Positions 38,406 to 51,271 of a stretch of 64,000 nt of DNA are shown piece after piece. The notes below the pieces were generated by a model. The model ran no database searches, had not been told where the DNA came from, and saw only the letters and a list, made by a program, of their open reading frames with translations. The position numbers were made by a program, and so were the translations under genes. The first letter of the stretch is position 1. Each line of letters begins with the position of its first letter. This DNA comes from Camelus ferus (taxonomy: Eukaryota): NCBI RefSeq assembly GCF_009834535.1, contig NC_045697.1, forward strand, positions 52,206,001 through 52,270,000, written 5' to 3'.

Positions 38406-39004
38406 TAGCACGCCATTTTGGAGGCCAGCTACCTCAACAACTCAGGTTGGATTCTGTCCATTAAAAGCCCTGTGAATTGGGGGAAGTTTTGTATCTCCTC
38501 CCAACCTCACTTTTCCTGTCCATAGAGTGGGAATAACATGTATGTAGCACCTGCCTCTTCTCACAGTCAGATGGGTGGAGCTCCAAGCATGCAAGTGAAG
38601 AGGAGAAACAAGACAGAAGAATGACAGCATCACAACAGTGCCGCCATCCTGAGGTAGAAGCCAATGGTTGACTGCAGAAAACCAACAGAATAGTGTTCAT
38701 CCAGTGAAGTTTCTAGGAGTGCATGAAAGCCAGGAATTTCAACAGAACAAAGGTTGGTGGAAGGAGCCACCATGGTGGAATCAGTGGCAGACCACCATCA
38801 GGCTGTGTGAACAGGAGAAAAAAGAGCAGCAAGTGAGCTTTCCACATAGCAGTGTGAGCCCAATGGGGCCCGTCCTCAGAGCCAGACCTGGATGATGGTT
38901 TGAAAGTCAAAACCATCAAATATGAGTAGTTTCCTGGTGCAATTCAAAGGATTCCAGAAGCTGTGTTGCTATTGTATATCATTCCCTGCTTCACAAACTT
39001 AATG

Positions 39005-39155
39005 TACTTAGGGTCACCTGGCAATGTAGTTACAGCATAGATTCTGACTACAATATAGTTACAGTAGATCTGGGGTGAGCTGGAGATTCTGCATTTCTAA
39101 CAAGTGTTCAGGTGATGTCACCGCTACTGACCTGCAGATCAAGTTGGGGAACCAG
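39005..39155. mobile_element. hAT-Charlie MITE (MER5A/B-like)
   Basis: cagtagatctggggtgagctggagattctgcatttctaacaagtgttcaggtgatg. Confidence 0.75.
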
Positions 39156-39864
39156 GATATATACCTGCTAATATCAAGAACAATTGGCACATTGCTGCAG
39201 GGCTTAGAAGCCAGGAGCCACCTGAGAATATCTACTCGAAGTTTCAGACTCATTTCTCTTCATCCTGGCTCCCAGCTACTTCTTGTCTAATACGCTGGAT
39301 AAACAAGTCCCTGTAGATTGGGATAACTGATTCTTCCATCTTTATAAAACAGGTTCTAAAAAGTAGGAAAAAAAATCAAAAGACTAATCCTATACAAATG
39401 AAATCTGGTTTCAGAATAAAATGCTCATTCACACAGGGTAAACAGCTCATTCAAGTCTAAATGGTTCCCTAAATTGAACTTCCTTTTTTTTAAATCTCAC
39501 ATGTCCTTTCTGTCCTTGAAATTGGTTTGCCTCAAGGGAGTATGTGATTTCATAGAAGTGCATCACATTTTATGATTCTCGATTCAGTTTGAAGTTAAGC
39601 TAAATGTTTCAATGTGTCATAAATATTTAAATAAGACCCTCAAATTTTTTATGTACACAGAAGTAAAGTATTCGAGTTGTTAATAGTAATTAATTATGGG
39701 TAGGAGTGAAGAATACAGAAAGTTTTAATTTTCTTTTTTGTATTCTAAATTCTCTATAAGGAGAGTGTGTTATTTTCATATAAACCATCATATAGTTATT
39801 GTATATGCAACTAATTTCTCTGGTCAAGCCACACAGCCATCATCCAGGTCCAGAAATGTAAGCT

Positions 39865-39919
39865 ATATTAATTGGTTTTTACTATGCTTTAGACACAATA
39901 CAAAGAACTGGGGGTATGT

Positions 39920-39960
<41 letters not shown>

Positions 39961-41580
39961 CCCTGTTCTTAAATAACGTCTAGTTCAGTCACTGCTGTTA
40001 AGTATCACAGGGTGCAGGGGAAACATGCTGACATCAGCCCAGCAGCCCAGGGAAGTCCTAAAGAACAAATCAGATTTGGCCAAGCAGAAAAGCAAAGAGA
40101 GGACATTCCAGGCTGAAGGAAGGACATGAGAGACACCTTCACTGCCTAATTTTTCAGCAAGTCTGATTTTTAGGCACATTATCCTCATTAACTACTTGGT
40201 CTACGTCAAATCTCTAAGGGTTATTTCTGTGAACAGTGAATTTGGTTGATTAGACTTTGATGTTAATGAGAACCCCATGTTAATTTGATAGAGGGCCAAA
40301 AAATGTGCACAGAGAAACCAGGGTGACGCGCCCTAAAAGACTTTAGCTCCAGCCTATAAGGGCATTCTGAGACAGGCAGTCTTAAAAATTTATTCCTCAC
40401 TGTTTCTGAGAACTGGATTTTTGAGGACATCTTTAGGAAAGCCATTTTTCCTGCACCTTCCCACCCACAAACACACACAGGCACACGCTCACCCCATCAC
40501 CAACACCACCCAAGATGCACATATAACAACCTCGTGAAAACCTATAGAAAGAAAATAAACTAGTCAACATAAACCAGCTCCACTTCCGAAAGGAAAAAAC
40601 AACTCAAAATTTTGATCCATTAATACTACTGGTAGAACAGCTTTGGATACCGCTTCCTTTAGTCATTTATTTTACAAACAGCTACCAGGTACTAAGGACT
40701 TAACCTCCTGAGACATGGTGTTTTCCCTCAGGAAGCTGCAAATCAGACCATGGCACAGTGCAAGAAGTTCTGTGATGGATAGATGGAGATGTACAGTGTG
40801 TTAGGGGCCCAAGTTTAGTGCATCTAAGTCAGCCTGGGCCTGGAAAGTTGTCTGGTTCCCTGGGAACCCGCAGAGGACTACAGACAAACTGCTCAGTACA
40901 GCTGGAGCCAAAGGTGAATGTAAGGGAGTGGTGGACCATAAAGCTGGAAATATAGAAAGAAATGGGGTCACAAAAGCCTTCAATACTAAATGAAAGAGAT
41001 TGAACTTTCTCCTTGAAAGCTGTGGGGAGCTACTGAAGGATTTTAAGCAAGGAAATGGCATGATTAAAGAGATCAATATCACAGCAGTGCGGGCAGATTG
41101 CAGGGAGGCCACACTGGGAACAGGAAATGCAGTTAGGGGGTTACTGCAGGATCCAGAGATGTTTAATGAGTTCAAACTAGGGTAGTTGTGTGAACAAAGT
41201 GGAAGGGAAGAATCCAAGAAATAGTGAGGAACAAGATATCACCAAGGATAACTGCCCCGACTCCAGGTTCTGAGGTACTCAGTGCATGGGCAGGAAAATT
41301 ACAGGGAAAGTGCTAATCTCAGAGCAGTTTTCAGTTGGAGTAAAAAGATGAAAGGAATGTTCATATAGGAGACTGAAGATGTAAGGCAGTTTGCTAGTGA
41401 TAGGCTATGAGTTCTGGAGGCCACAATGGAAAGTTCTGGAAGGTCAGGTGGGCAGCTTGATGGAACAGGTTAAGAGAGTTTGGAGTTAACTGCTCATAGA
41501 AAGATAAGTTATCTGGAAGTCTTGAACAGGGATGTGGGCTTGATGTGGTCAGTCTCAGATGTTTGAAAGATGTGGTATAT
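39865..41580 (-). mobile_element. Dispersed L2 fragments (about 39865-40130, 40660-41240 and 41330-41580)
   Basis: ggacattccaggctgaagga; gctgtggggagctactgaaggattttaagcaaggaaatggcatgat; gcagttagggggttactgcaggatccag. Confidence 0.65.
39922..39956. repeat. (AC)n microsatellite, about 17 units
   Basis: Directly visible. Confidence 0.97.
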
Positions 41581-42599
41581 CCATGTTAGCCAAACTTATT
41601 TGACTGTGAAACATTTTAAAAATTATAGTGTACTGCTGGAACATCAAAAGGAGTTCATGAAATATGATGAGCTCTTTGATCAAAGGTAGTTAAAAATGGC
41701 CTTAAAGATAAATTAGTTGCTACAAAAAATGATCAAAAATCTTTTATTTGTGTCGTTTTAGTGCCTAATAGAAAAAAAAATTAGATGAATCAACTACTTT
41801 GTTTGTTTGTTTGTTTTAGTAAAAACAGAAAAGAAGATCACAGGAAATGATAAAGATAAAGCTCTGTCCCTGCACAGGGGCCCTCCTACCACACGCCTGC
41901 AGTTTCCCATGACTCCATCCAATTTAGGCTAGGTATTTCTCCCCAGGGTCCCAGCCCTTTTCCCCGGTTGCTATCAGCTTTTTGGTTTCCTCAAAGGAAA
42001 CTCAAGCTGGAAAGGCAGGTTTAAATTTAGAATGAGTAGACTTCTTGGAGTTTTGTACCTGAAGCTGGTGGGGAAGTTCAACCTCCAGCCCTAGCTCTAG
42101 TCCCCAGCCTGAAACCCCCTCCCCACTTCCCAGCCCAACCTCCCATTCAAATCCCCAGGGGCAGCAACGTGGTCTTCCTCATAAAAAAACCACAGTCAGG
42201 CCCCTGAAGTGGGCTTAGGTGTGTCTGGATGGGGCATTCCAGAGACCAAAGTATCCAGAACGTAATTTAAATGCAGGGGGAAGGAGGGGTGGCAAGGGTT
42301 TCAGATCAGCCCATCCTCTTGACCCTACAAACTCCGAAACCTCAGAGGAGGAGCACAGCTGGAGGAGGACCAGAGTGGTGTCTTCTAAAGTGCAGGATTC
42401 ACAGCAGAGACCTTCTTGCCCAAGTCTAAGTGGTGGAGCTGCACCCAGAAGTGAGAAAGGACATAGTTACCTCTTAACCGTATGCAGACTTCACCAACAA
42501 GCCACACACACAAAAAGAGGAACCATTGCTAAAAGCAAGACCATGGAGCCAAAGTGAAGTCATCTCTCCTAAGCCCCACATCACCAACCTGAATATTAA

Positions 42600-43520
42600 C
42601 TTAATTACCTGGGTGCCTGCTGAGCCCCTTAAGCTTGCTGCTTGCTCAGCACGCCTAGATGGTGGGTAAGTCCCTCTAGGATCCTAGCTCTGCAGCTTTC
42701 ACATTATGAACTTTCAGATTTTGAGCATTTCTTTTTCTGGACTAGGTCCAGAAACCAGTTGGAGTCAGACTGGGTCTGACTTAAAAACCAGACTGGGTCC
42801 AGAATTGGACTGGATCCAACTTGGAAATCAAACTGAATCCAGGATTGGACTAAGTCCTACCTTAAGCTAAACTGCATCTTGTGTGATGCCTCAGATGAAG
42901 AAAATTTTGTTTGAAGGCTGAACAAGCAGGTTAACCTTAGCAAAGATAATATTGAATTATGGTGGCCATAGTGGAGAAATCCTAACCTAGAAAGTTTATT
43001 CATTTATGAGGTATCTTAGAGAAAAGGGGGTCTCAGCCAAGCACTCACTGTTAAGGGTAGAGGGAAAATTATTTCCCCCCACCTACGGTTTCTGGTGACC
43101 AGTTTGAGAACTGCTGGGACCAGTCACTCAGTCCAGAGCCTACAGACAAGATCCTGCGAAAACTGGCAGAAGCCAGCAAAGGGTGAAACTTCTTACCAAA
43201 GTCAACACTCCCAGATCTGTCGTACCTGACTGAGAGAAGAGAGTACAATTTCACATTGTCCTTTCCTTTCCAAATTCAGATTGGCAGGCAAAAAACGTTT
43301 GTTAGAATTAAATCTTTGAATTGTGACTCATGAATTTACTGCCAGATACCCACTGGTAGTCAATCCTTTCTCTCCCAGGGACTGCTACTGTCTTCTTGTT
43401 TGTCTCATCTCATGTCCCGAGAACTCGACGTGGCAATCATCAGGTTTGGGTCCCACAAAATATGGCCAGACAGAAATATGGGTCCTACCAACTGTCCTCA
43501 ACAGTTTTCTGAAAATGTTA
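42600..43520 (+). mobile_element. ERV1-class internal remnants (leader and gag matrix fragment)
   Basis: 42942-42974 translates as KDNIELWWP*W, followed by HL*GILEKRG in a shifted frame, resembling class I ERV Gag MA. Leader-like text gcctacagacaagat...aaactggcagaagccagcaaagggtg. Family not resolved. Confidence 0.55.
42767..42875. repeat. Degenerate 40-bp tandem repeat, about 2.7 copies
   Basis: agactgggtctgacttaaaaaccagactgggtccagaatt / ggactggatccaacttggaaatcaaactgaatccaggatt / ggactaagtcctaccttaagctaaactg. Confidence 0.75.
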
Positions 43521-44329
43521 GGTGAGTATTGGCTGCCTGTACAGGAGAGAAGTTTTTTTAATGTGAACTAAATTTTCTCCCAAATCTCGCTCAGGTTTCT
43601 ATTTTAAATAACCAGACCATAATTATATATCTGGAAATTCAGATTCAGGGAATATAAAATACTCTTAATCTTTTGTTATTGTCATAAAAGCCAAGTTGAC
43701 GATATACTGCCTATTCTTTCCAAGGACGTTGAAAGCTGTGGTCAAACTTTGTCGAAACAAACAAACAAACAAAATTCTCTAATGAAGTCTTGTGGTAAAA
43801 CAGATGAAAAGAATGTGTCTGACTGTGATCCTTGGTGATTTTCTCCCTAATTTATATTTACAATAGTCTAATTATCTCCTCCCTGACTAAAATCCTGGTA
43901 TGAGAGAATCTCTGTTTTCTGGAACTACTGCTCTACAGTCAGTAAATCTTCCTCTGCCCTCCACCTCAATTTCTCAGTATGTCTTCCACGTTGTCTTCAC
44001 TCGTGATTCTCCCATTAGGGCTCCATGTTCCCAACAGCCTCAGTGTCAGCAGTTGGGATTAAGGTCTCTACTCCCCAGTGCCACTTCCAAACTATTCTGC
44101 CCCATCTCTACTTTAAAGATAATAATATGTCTATTCTCAGGGATTGATGAACACAAAGTTCAGGAAAGTGGTTGTCTTGGAGTGGGGTTGGCAGGTGGGT
44201 TGCCAGGCTGTCTACTCAACTTCCCAATTTTAGTGTCAACTGTAGTGCCTCACTGATGCTTCATGAATAGCATAATCCTCCTCCACAGACTCATTCTTAC
44301 TTTCCAGAAGAGGAACCAACTTTCACTTA

Positions 44330-45155
44330 GCTAAGCAAATCATAAGCCCAAGAAGCCTTCTTGACCTCTCCTTCTCCCTCAGACCCTGCATACAACCATT
44401 GTGTTTTTCTACTACATTCACTTCCTACAGATACTTTGAGGTCATCTGCTTTCTTCTATCTCCACATCCTCCACTAGCGCAACTACCATCATCTCTAGCC
44501 TGGTCAGGTGCGATACTTGTCTCACTGGTCTCTCCACTCCAATCCAGAACCACCACCAATCTGCTCTCCATCCAGACACCAGAGTATTCTTTTCAAAATA
44601 CTAATCAGATTATGTCACTGCATAAAAAGCTCTCAGTGGCTTCTAAAAACTTGTAGGAAAAAACCAAAATCTTTAGAAAGCCCTTGCATTATCCTGTGTC
44701 TACAGCACCTTACCCTATGGGCTCCAGTCACAGTGGCCTTCTCGGAGGTCCTGGAATGTGCTACATGCCTATTCACCATAGGGTTGCTACAGAGACTACT
44801 CCTTCTGTCTGAAACACAGAGCATTTTCCCTACCTCAGCCCACCTCCCCTAGATCCCAAACCCCAGTCCATCACTCCTCTGTTTCATCATGATTTTCACT
44901 TCATCAACCCCCTGTTTTCATTCAAATCTGATTCAATCACTGCCCCAGAAAATCTTCTTTGATGCCTAAGGATAGATGAGGTCTACTTCTTGTATATTCC
45001 AAGAAGTATTTTTTTCCCCCAGAAGTATGAATTTTATTGATTACTATCTTCTCAACTAGATAGGACAGAAATCATGCTTCACTAATTATTGTAGTTCTAG
45101 CAACTAGCCTAGTACTTGGGACATAGTAGGCTGTCAATTCATATGTATTGAATGG
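44330..45155 (+). mobile_element. L2 3' region
   Basis: tctccactccaatcc...ccagagtattcttttcaaaatactaatcagattatgtcact...ctcagtggcttc...tacttgggacatagtaggctgtcaat...tgtattgaatg. Confidence 0.8.
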
Positions 45156-45174
45156 CATAGGATAGTAGATAATT

Positions 45175-45585
45175 AATAATTAAACTTTTGCCTCATAACA
45201 AACACCCCCCAAAATCTTATTAGCATACAACAATAAGCATTTTTTCTCACACTCAGAGGTCTGTAATGATCTACTGTAGGTTCAGCTGAGTGACTCTGCC
45301 TTAGGTTCAACTGCACTTGGCTTTAGGCTAAAAGTTGCCCTCAAGTCTGCTTGCTGTGTCTTCCCCAGGATATGATCTCACAGCAAAGTCAGAAGCTCAA
45401 GATCAAAGCCAAACCGCACAAACACCTTTATGGCCACTGCATGTCAGGTCCACTAGCATTGCTTGGCTAAAACAAGTGATGTGGCCACACCCTAAACTGA
45501 TGGGGCAGAGAAATATACTTCATCCAGAGGGAGAAAGAGAGGGTGGTGAATATTTGCTGGGCAATAATTCAAACTATCATAGATA
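45175..45585 (-). mobile_element. Old MaLR LTR (MLT1H/I/J-like)
   Basis: cataacaaacacccccc...tagcatacaacaataagcattt...ctcacac...ttggctaaaacaagtgatgtggccacacctaa...ggtgaatatttgctgggcaataattcaaactatca. Confidence 0.7.
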
Positions 45586-45689
45586 CATACAAATCCTACT
45601 GGAATTCAATTTATAAAGTGTTAGATGACATAAAGGGGACATGTCAATAAAGGCCAATGTAATTCAGTGGAGATAAAAAAAGATAAAAG

Positions 45690-46945
45690 AGAAAAGTTTT
45701 ATGAAAGAAGTTTCATTTAAGATAATCCTTGAATAAAGAAGGCATTTGAACTTGTAGAGACAGAGGTACCTAGATCTCTCAAGGGGATGAAAGAACAAAA
45801 GCAAAAGCCTAGGATTGGGATTGTGTGAACATATTTAAATATTATATGGCTAGCACACAGAGAACCTGTAGGGCAGTGGAGGGAGAAAACTCATAGACTT
45901 GACTTGGCAGTGAATAGTCAGTCATGGCTTTTACGCAGTGGAATAACATTGTCTTTGGGCCATGGAATAATATGGGCTTTGAAACTACCAATTTGGCAGT
46001 GATACACGTATGAGACTTTCTGGAGAAAAGAGACTGAACACAGGGAGAACCATTAGTAAATGCTTGGAATGTTTGTGAAGGTGTGACAATTGCTTGATCC
46101 AGAAAAATATCAGTAAGAAATTGGCAACTGGTTGGCTGCAGAGAGTCAAAAGAGAAAAGCATCAAAGATACATGGGATTTTTTTTAATTGAATAGACTTG
46201 GAAAATAGCAGTAAAATGATCAGAAATCAAAGACTCAGGAAGAAGAAAAGGTTTCAAGAAGATGATTAGCTAGTTTTAGATATATTTTTCTTGATACCTC
46301 AGCAAGAACATCCAGATGAAGACACCTGACAGGTGTGGAGCTTAACAGTGAGACTCAGGCTGAAGACAGTTACTCACTCATCCATTCAAGAAACAGGGGT
46401 CATGCCCATTTTGTCACCATTGTAGGTCTGGCATCTAGCAGATTCCTGGTTTATTCCAGGCCCTTGGGACATTCTTACTAAATGAATGCTAGGCAGTGGG
46501 CCTACAATGGTGAAGGAGAAACAGACCATGCTTTCAGTAAGTTCGCAGCCTGGATTTGAGAGTTATCACAGCAGAAGTTATGACTGAAGCCATAAGAAGA
46601 AATACAATTGCCTAGAATCTTTTACCCAACTCTAATGTAAAATCTTGGTAAATATGAACATGAAGGAGTGAAGAGGAGAACAAGGAGGAAGCTGGAGTCA
46701 TCAAAAGACAGAAGGAAAGTAAAAAATAGCCAAGTCTCCGAGGAGCCATGTTAAGAGGAAGTTCCCTTAATGTCACAGAGGGAAAGACTAACAGAATTTC
46801 CAATAGGATGAAAAATACAAACATGTTATTTGACTTGGCAACAGCAGATCCATGATGCTTTTCAGTAGTTGAACAGTTGGTGCAAAGCCAGATAGCAAGA
46901 ACTTAAAGAAACAATAAGTGCTATTTAAGTGAAGGCAATAAGTTC
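45690..46945 (-). mobile_element. L2 body
   Basis: Purine-rich reverse L2 text: tttagatatatt...gatacct...catccagatgaaga; gagaaggaggaa-like tracts; tttgacttggcaaca...gcaaagccagatagca. Confidence 0.65.
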
Positions 46946-47258
46946 AGTCTAAACTTTCAAAAAAAAATTGACAGTAATTGGCAGAGAAGGAATAAAATTC
47001 TTAATTATTGAATTAAAATAGCTCATAACCATGCATGAATAATATCCTTCTTTTGTTGTTCCCTGTTTAGTTCCGCAGTCCATGCCAGGTAAATCATGTG
47101 ACTTTCTTTCTCATAATACTTCCATTGGTCATTACCTCTTAAAGTCCTAGGTTAGTTTTTCGCTCTAGCTCAAAAGCCAAACCTATATTTACAGCATTTT
47201 CATCCAGGCCTTTTCCTTATAATTTGTATTCTATGCTCCAGGAAAATTGAATAATTTT

Positions 47259-47358
47259 TACTTTCTCTTTTTTTTTTTTAAATGGAGGTACTGGGGATTG
47301 AACCCAGGACCTCATGCATGCTAAGCATGTGCTCTAACACTGAGCTATACCCACCCCC
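47259..47358 (-). mobile_element. Short tRNA-derived SINE (Vic-1 type) with perfect 16-bp TSD
   Basis: Reverse reads gggggtgggtatagctcagtgttagagcacatgcttagcatgcatgaggtcctgggttcaatccccagtacctcc plus poly-A. TSD aaaattgaataatttt 47243-47258 / 47359-47374. Confidence 0.93.
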
Positions 47359-47549
47359 AAAATTGAATAATTTTCTATCCACTTCTTCCATTCAAAAAAA
47401 AAAAGTTTCATTCTCACTCAGGTAACTGCTCACATGCTTCTCTCTACTTCTATTGTCTTATTCGTACATTCTCTTCCCCACAAGATAACTGATCCATGAA
47501 GCCTCTGTTAGTCTCTTCAAGCCACTGTATTTTTCTCTTTTCTGAATAA

Positions 47550-48500
47550 AAAGATGCAAATACCAAAATAGTGAACAGAGGCAAATAAGTATATACACAC
47601 AGAGGTTTTTAAAATAATAAATAGATGATGTGAACAATTCTATGTTAAAAGATGGAAAGTCTAGATTAAATGGACAAAGTTTATGTTCCCCACCAGAACA
47701 TAAAATGCCAATATTTATGCAAGAAAATATAGATTTCTCAAATGGATAAGTAACAATGCAGTTAATCTCAGACCAAGAGGATTTCAGGTAAAGTTTACAA
47801 AATTCTCAGTGAACAGGTAACAGTAGTATAGATGGTTGGAGTGGAAGTTGCCTAAGAGATTTTAGGATGCTAAAATCTCTTGATTCAAAATTTGTCTTGG
47901 ACTGCACAAGAAAAGTAAATTATAGGACCATTTCACTTACTCATATAGATGCCAAAGTCCTAAATAACATATTAGCCTATCAACTTCAACAATGTATTTT
48001 AAAATAACAATCAAGTAAAGTTTAACCCAGGATTGAAAAAAATGATTGAGTAACAGAAAAGTCTACTAATCATAATTCACCAAATTAATGAATGCAAACT
48101 GAATAATCATGTGATTTCTCCAATGATACTGGAAATATTTGAATATTTATTACTTAAAAACTAAAACAAAGTAAAACATTTCTGAGTCTAGAATTAGAAA
48201 TCTTGGAATTTCCTTAATTTCATAAGGCCTGACCACTAAAATTCTATACCAACATTAAAAAACCATCTATTAGAGTGATTTAAATAAATCAGCAAATTTT
48301 ATAAAAATCAACTGGAAAAATTAAAAGCTTCTCTCTCCATCAGCAATACCACCTACAAAATGGAGATCCATTCAACACAGCAATGTGAACTGGAATTAAC
48401 CTTAAAACGGACCCAAGAACTTTGTGGAGTATATACTCCATGTTCATGGTTGGGTGACTTAACATCTATAATTTGAATGTCATTGCAACCAAAATTGGAG
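47550..48500 (+). mobile_element. Very old L1 ORF2 remnant (L1ME/HAL1-like)
   Basis: aattataggaccatttcacttactcatatagatgccaaagtcctaaataacatattagc reads YRTISLTHIDAKVLNNILA (vs YRPISLMNIDAKILNKILA); tactccatgttcatggttggg. Confidence 0.75.
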
Positions 48501-48554
48501 TCAGATGTTTTACCACTCTTCTGAGACTTTTTAAATCCTCCCCCTTGCATCACA

Positions 48555-48700
48555 ATTATATGTATGTTTGTCTTATTTCCTCTCTTAAACCCTAAGTCAT
48601 TTGAGGATAGTAATGTCTTCTCCATTTTTAAAATCCTTCAGAGCACCTAATAACACACAGCCTCATATAATAGGTGCTCAAAGAAATATATGTTGAAGAA
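48555..48700 (+). mobile_element. L2 3' end
   Basis: taagtcatttgaggatagtaatgtc...cagagcaccta...taataggtgctcaaagaaatatatgttgaa. Confidence 0.7.
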
Positions 48701-49569
48701 AAAGGAGGAAAAAAACTATGAAGGTACATTTTCCATTTTTCATGATTTGTCCCAGGAAGAGTTCTTAAAATAGGTGTGTAAAGTGGGACGTCAAGGTTGA
48801 AGGGCTTCTCAATTTCCTTTCCCATAGTTTTTAATATTATGATTGACTATATCCTAAACTGGCTGAAATGCTAGTAAAGATGTGGCATTTTTATATTTAT
48901 ATATCACTGAATTTTAAAGAAATATTTCACTAACAGTTTCATATTGATTTCTAACCCAATTTACCTTTGGATTCTCATGCACCAGCCCTTGTAATAGACA
49001 CTTTGGGGAAATTACATCATTTTTAAAAATTATATATATTACCATTCCTTCCCTTTTTCACAAAACCCTATACACCTCTATTTTGTTTCTAAATTATGTA
49101 TCAGTGTCTCTTTAAATAGCACATGAATCAGGCAATGCATCTGGCAAATTACTAGCTTGTATAATGTCCAAATATTTCCTCAATAGAAATAGAATCAGAA
49201 TACTCACCAAAATCATTCAATGGTATGAAGAGTGTGTCTATCTTACAAAATTTTAAATTCTCAGGAGATTTATGTGCACATAGACTCATAAATATTAGAA
49301 CATGAAATTAATCTCAAAAATTAGATAAAGACAGAGAGAGGTTAACTTACTTTCTTACAGTCACAGAGAAGCTGGTGAAAGAAAACAGAGCAGACACAGT
49401 CAAGCAATCAATCAGCTATTCATTGACTGCCTAAAACGTTTTGTCCTTACCATGATCCATTATTCACAGCAGGGTCGATTTGAACAAAGTCACATAGAAC
49501 ACCCAGATGTGCACGAAACTGTGAGCTCAGTAATGTTTTCCATTCTTTCACAAATTTCTCTTCAGTGGA

Positions 49570-50230
49570 ATACCAGTTCCTCACCTCCTGGATGTGTAAC
49601 CTTGGCACTATTACTTAGCCCCTGTGAGCGTGTCACCTCACATATACATTGGAGATAATGCCTATTCATAAAGCTGTTGGAAAAGTTAAAGGGTAGAAGT
49701 AAGTCCTTGCTTCACAGTCACTGACAAAGAGCATTTCTTCTTCCTTCCTCTCTTTCAAACAATATGGCTTCTTAGTCTCTAACAGTCTCCTTTTTTCAAA
49801 ATAGGAAGAATATCTCTCAACCTGACTTACTCTTTGACAAAACTAATTTATAGTATTCTTCCAAAAGTCTTTCCAAGTTATTCTATTCAAAAATAAAAAT
49901 TATGTTTGACTATATAAAAGAAATATTGGTTGGATCATTTACATAAACTCCCTCTCCATGTCTATATATCATACTGAAAAATAATTCATTATTTATATCC
50001 TTAAATTTGACACATTAGCTTTCTTCCCTTTGACAATCTGGAAGGTACGGCAGAAAGAGCACAGATTAGGAGTGAGGTCACCTCGCCTCTCACTCTGGCT
50101 CTGCCATTATTTAATCATGTCATTTAGGGGGGACCACTTAATCTCTCTGACTCACCTCATCTGGAAGCTCAGGGGCTGAGCGAGGTGACTTGTGAGTTTC
50201 TTCACTCCGAAAAAGTCTCTGTTTCTCAGT
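49570..50230 (+). mobile_element. Two MIR-family fragments (about 49570-49725 and 50040-50230)
   Basis: ggatgtgtaaccttggcactattacttagccc; gaaagagcacagattaggagtgagg...ctggctctgccatta...ccacttaatctctctgactc. Confidence 0.6.
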
Positions 50231-50814
50231 GCTTTTATAGGTGCTCAGTCTTCCCAAGGTTTCCTCTTTTCCCATATACTTGTAACTTACACAAAACTAC
50301 CAAGGCCCTTACCACTTCCCAGAGATTTGCTCTTGGAAATTGGAGACATAGTCTAAAAACTAATAATAAGGGAGTATAAAAACATAACTTGAGGTTACGT
50401 TATGTTATGGTTAACAAACACTCAGATATATGTGGAATAATATTAGTCTCTTATCTCAGCTGAACTTTAAGAATATCATAGCAGTTTCCCTCAGAATATT
50501 CTTTAGAGAGAAGTGAAAAATAATCTGAAGGGTAAGAGTACCTACATTTTGCATTTAGTGAATGGAAAAAGCTAAGCCAGTTGTCAAAGTTGGCAACAGA
50601 CATAATTAGAGCACTCCATCTACAACTCTCACAACTTGAACATTATGAATGAAAAGATACTTGAGGTATCCTAATTTTTAAAAAATTCCCTAAGCACGGT
50701 TCTCTCTGAAGCCACAATTACCTGCTGCTAACCTAACCAGTTATCCGAAGAGAGCATTTTTTATTTATTTCCCTCATTCACACACTGCCTCATCTATTCA
50801 AAAGCAATTTTTTA

Positions 50815-51271
50815 AAAATTGAATCCCTCCACTTATGCACTGGATTCCAACACTTTCACCTACTCAAGGAAATGGCTCCTGCAATTCTCCCCTGACCCAC
50901 CTAAATTTGTCATCTTTCCCGTGTATTTCCCATCTATATAAAAATGCTGCAATTTCTCCCACGGAAATCTAAGCCTGTCTTGACCTCACTTCTGCTCTAG
51001 CTTTTCTCCTCCTTATAAATTCCCCAGAAGAATCGCCTGTGTTTCTTTTCCCATTATTCTCCTTCGTTGTCCCTTGACTTCTACCCAACTGGGCTTTTGC
51101 TACCACTGCTTTATCCAAGTAATTCTTGCTGAGGTCGACAATTACCTTCATGCTGTTAACTCGAAAAGCCAAGTTTCAGTTCTCGTTGCAATTGACGTAT
51201 CTGCAACACGTGACATAGAGGCTCATTTCTTTTTCCTGGAAACAGTTTCTTCATTTAGCTTCCAGGATAAC
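50815..51271 (+). mobile_element. L2 body fragment
   Basis: aatccctccacttatgcactggattcc...ctactcaagga; ccttcatgctgttaactcgaaaagcc...tctgcaacacgtgaca...ttcctggaaacagtttcttcatttagcttccagga. Confidence 0.8.

Noticed and set aside
40801..41217. 138-aa minus-strand ORF
   Set aside because: It lies within a degraded L2 and has no coherent domain.
42767..42875. Spaced short repeats that might suggest a CRISPR-like array
   Set aside because: The units are degenerate tandem repeats with no unique spacers, in mammalian ERV context with no cas genes.
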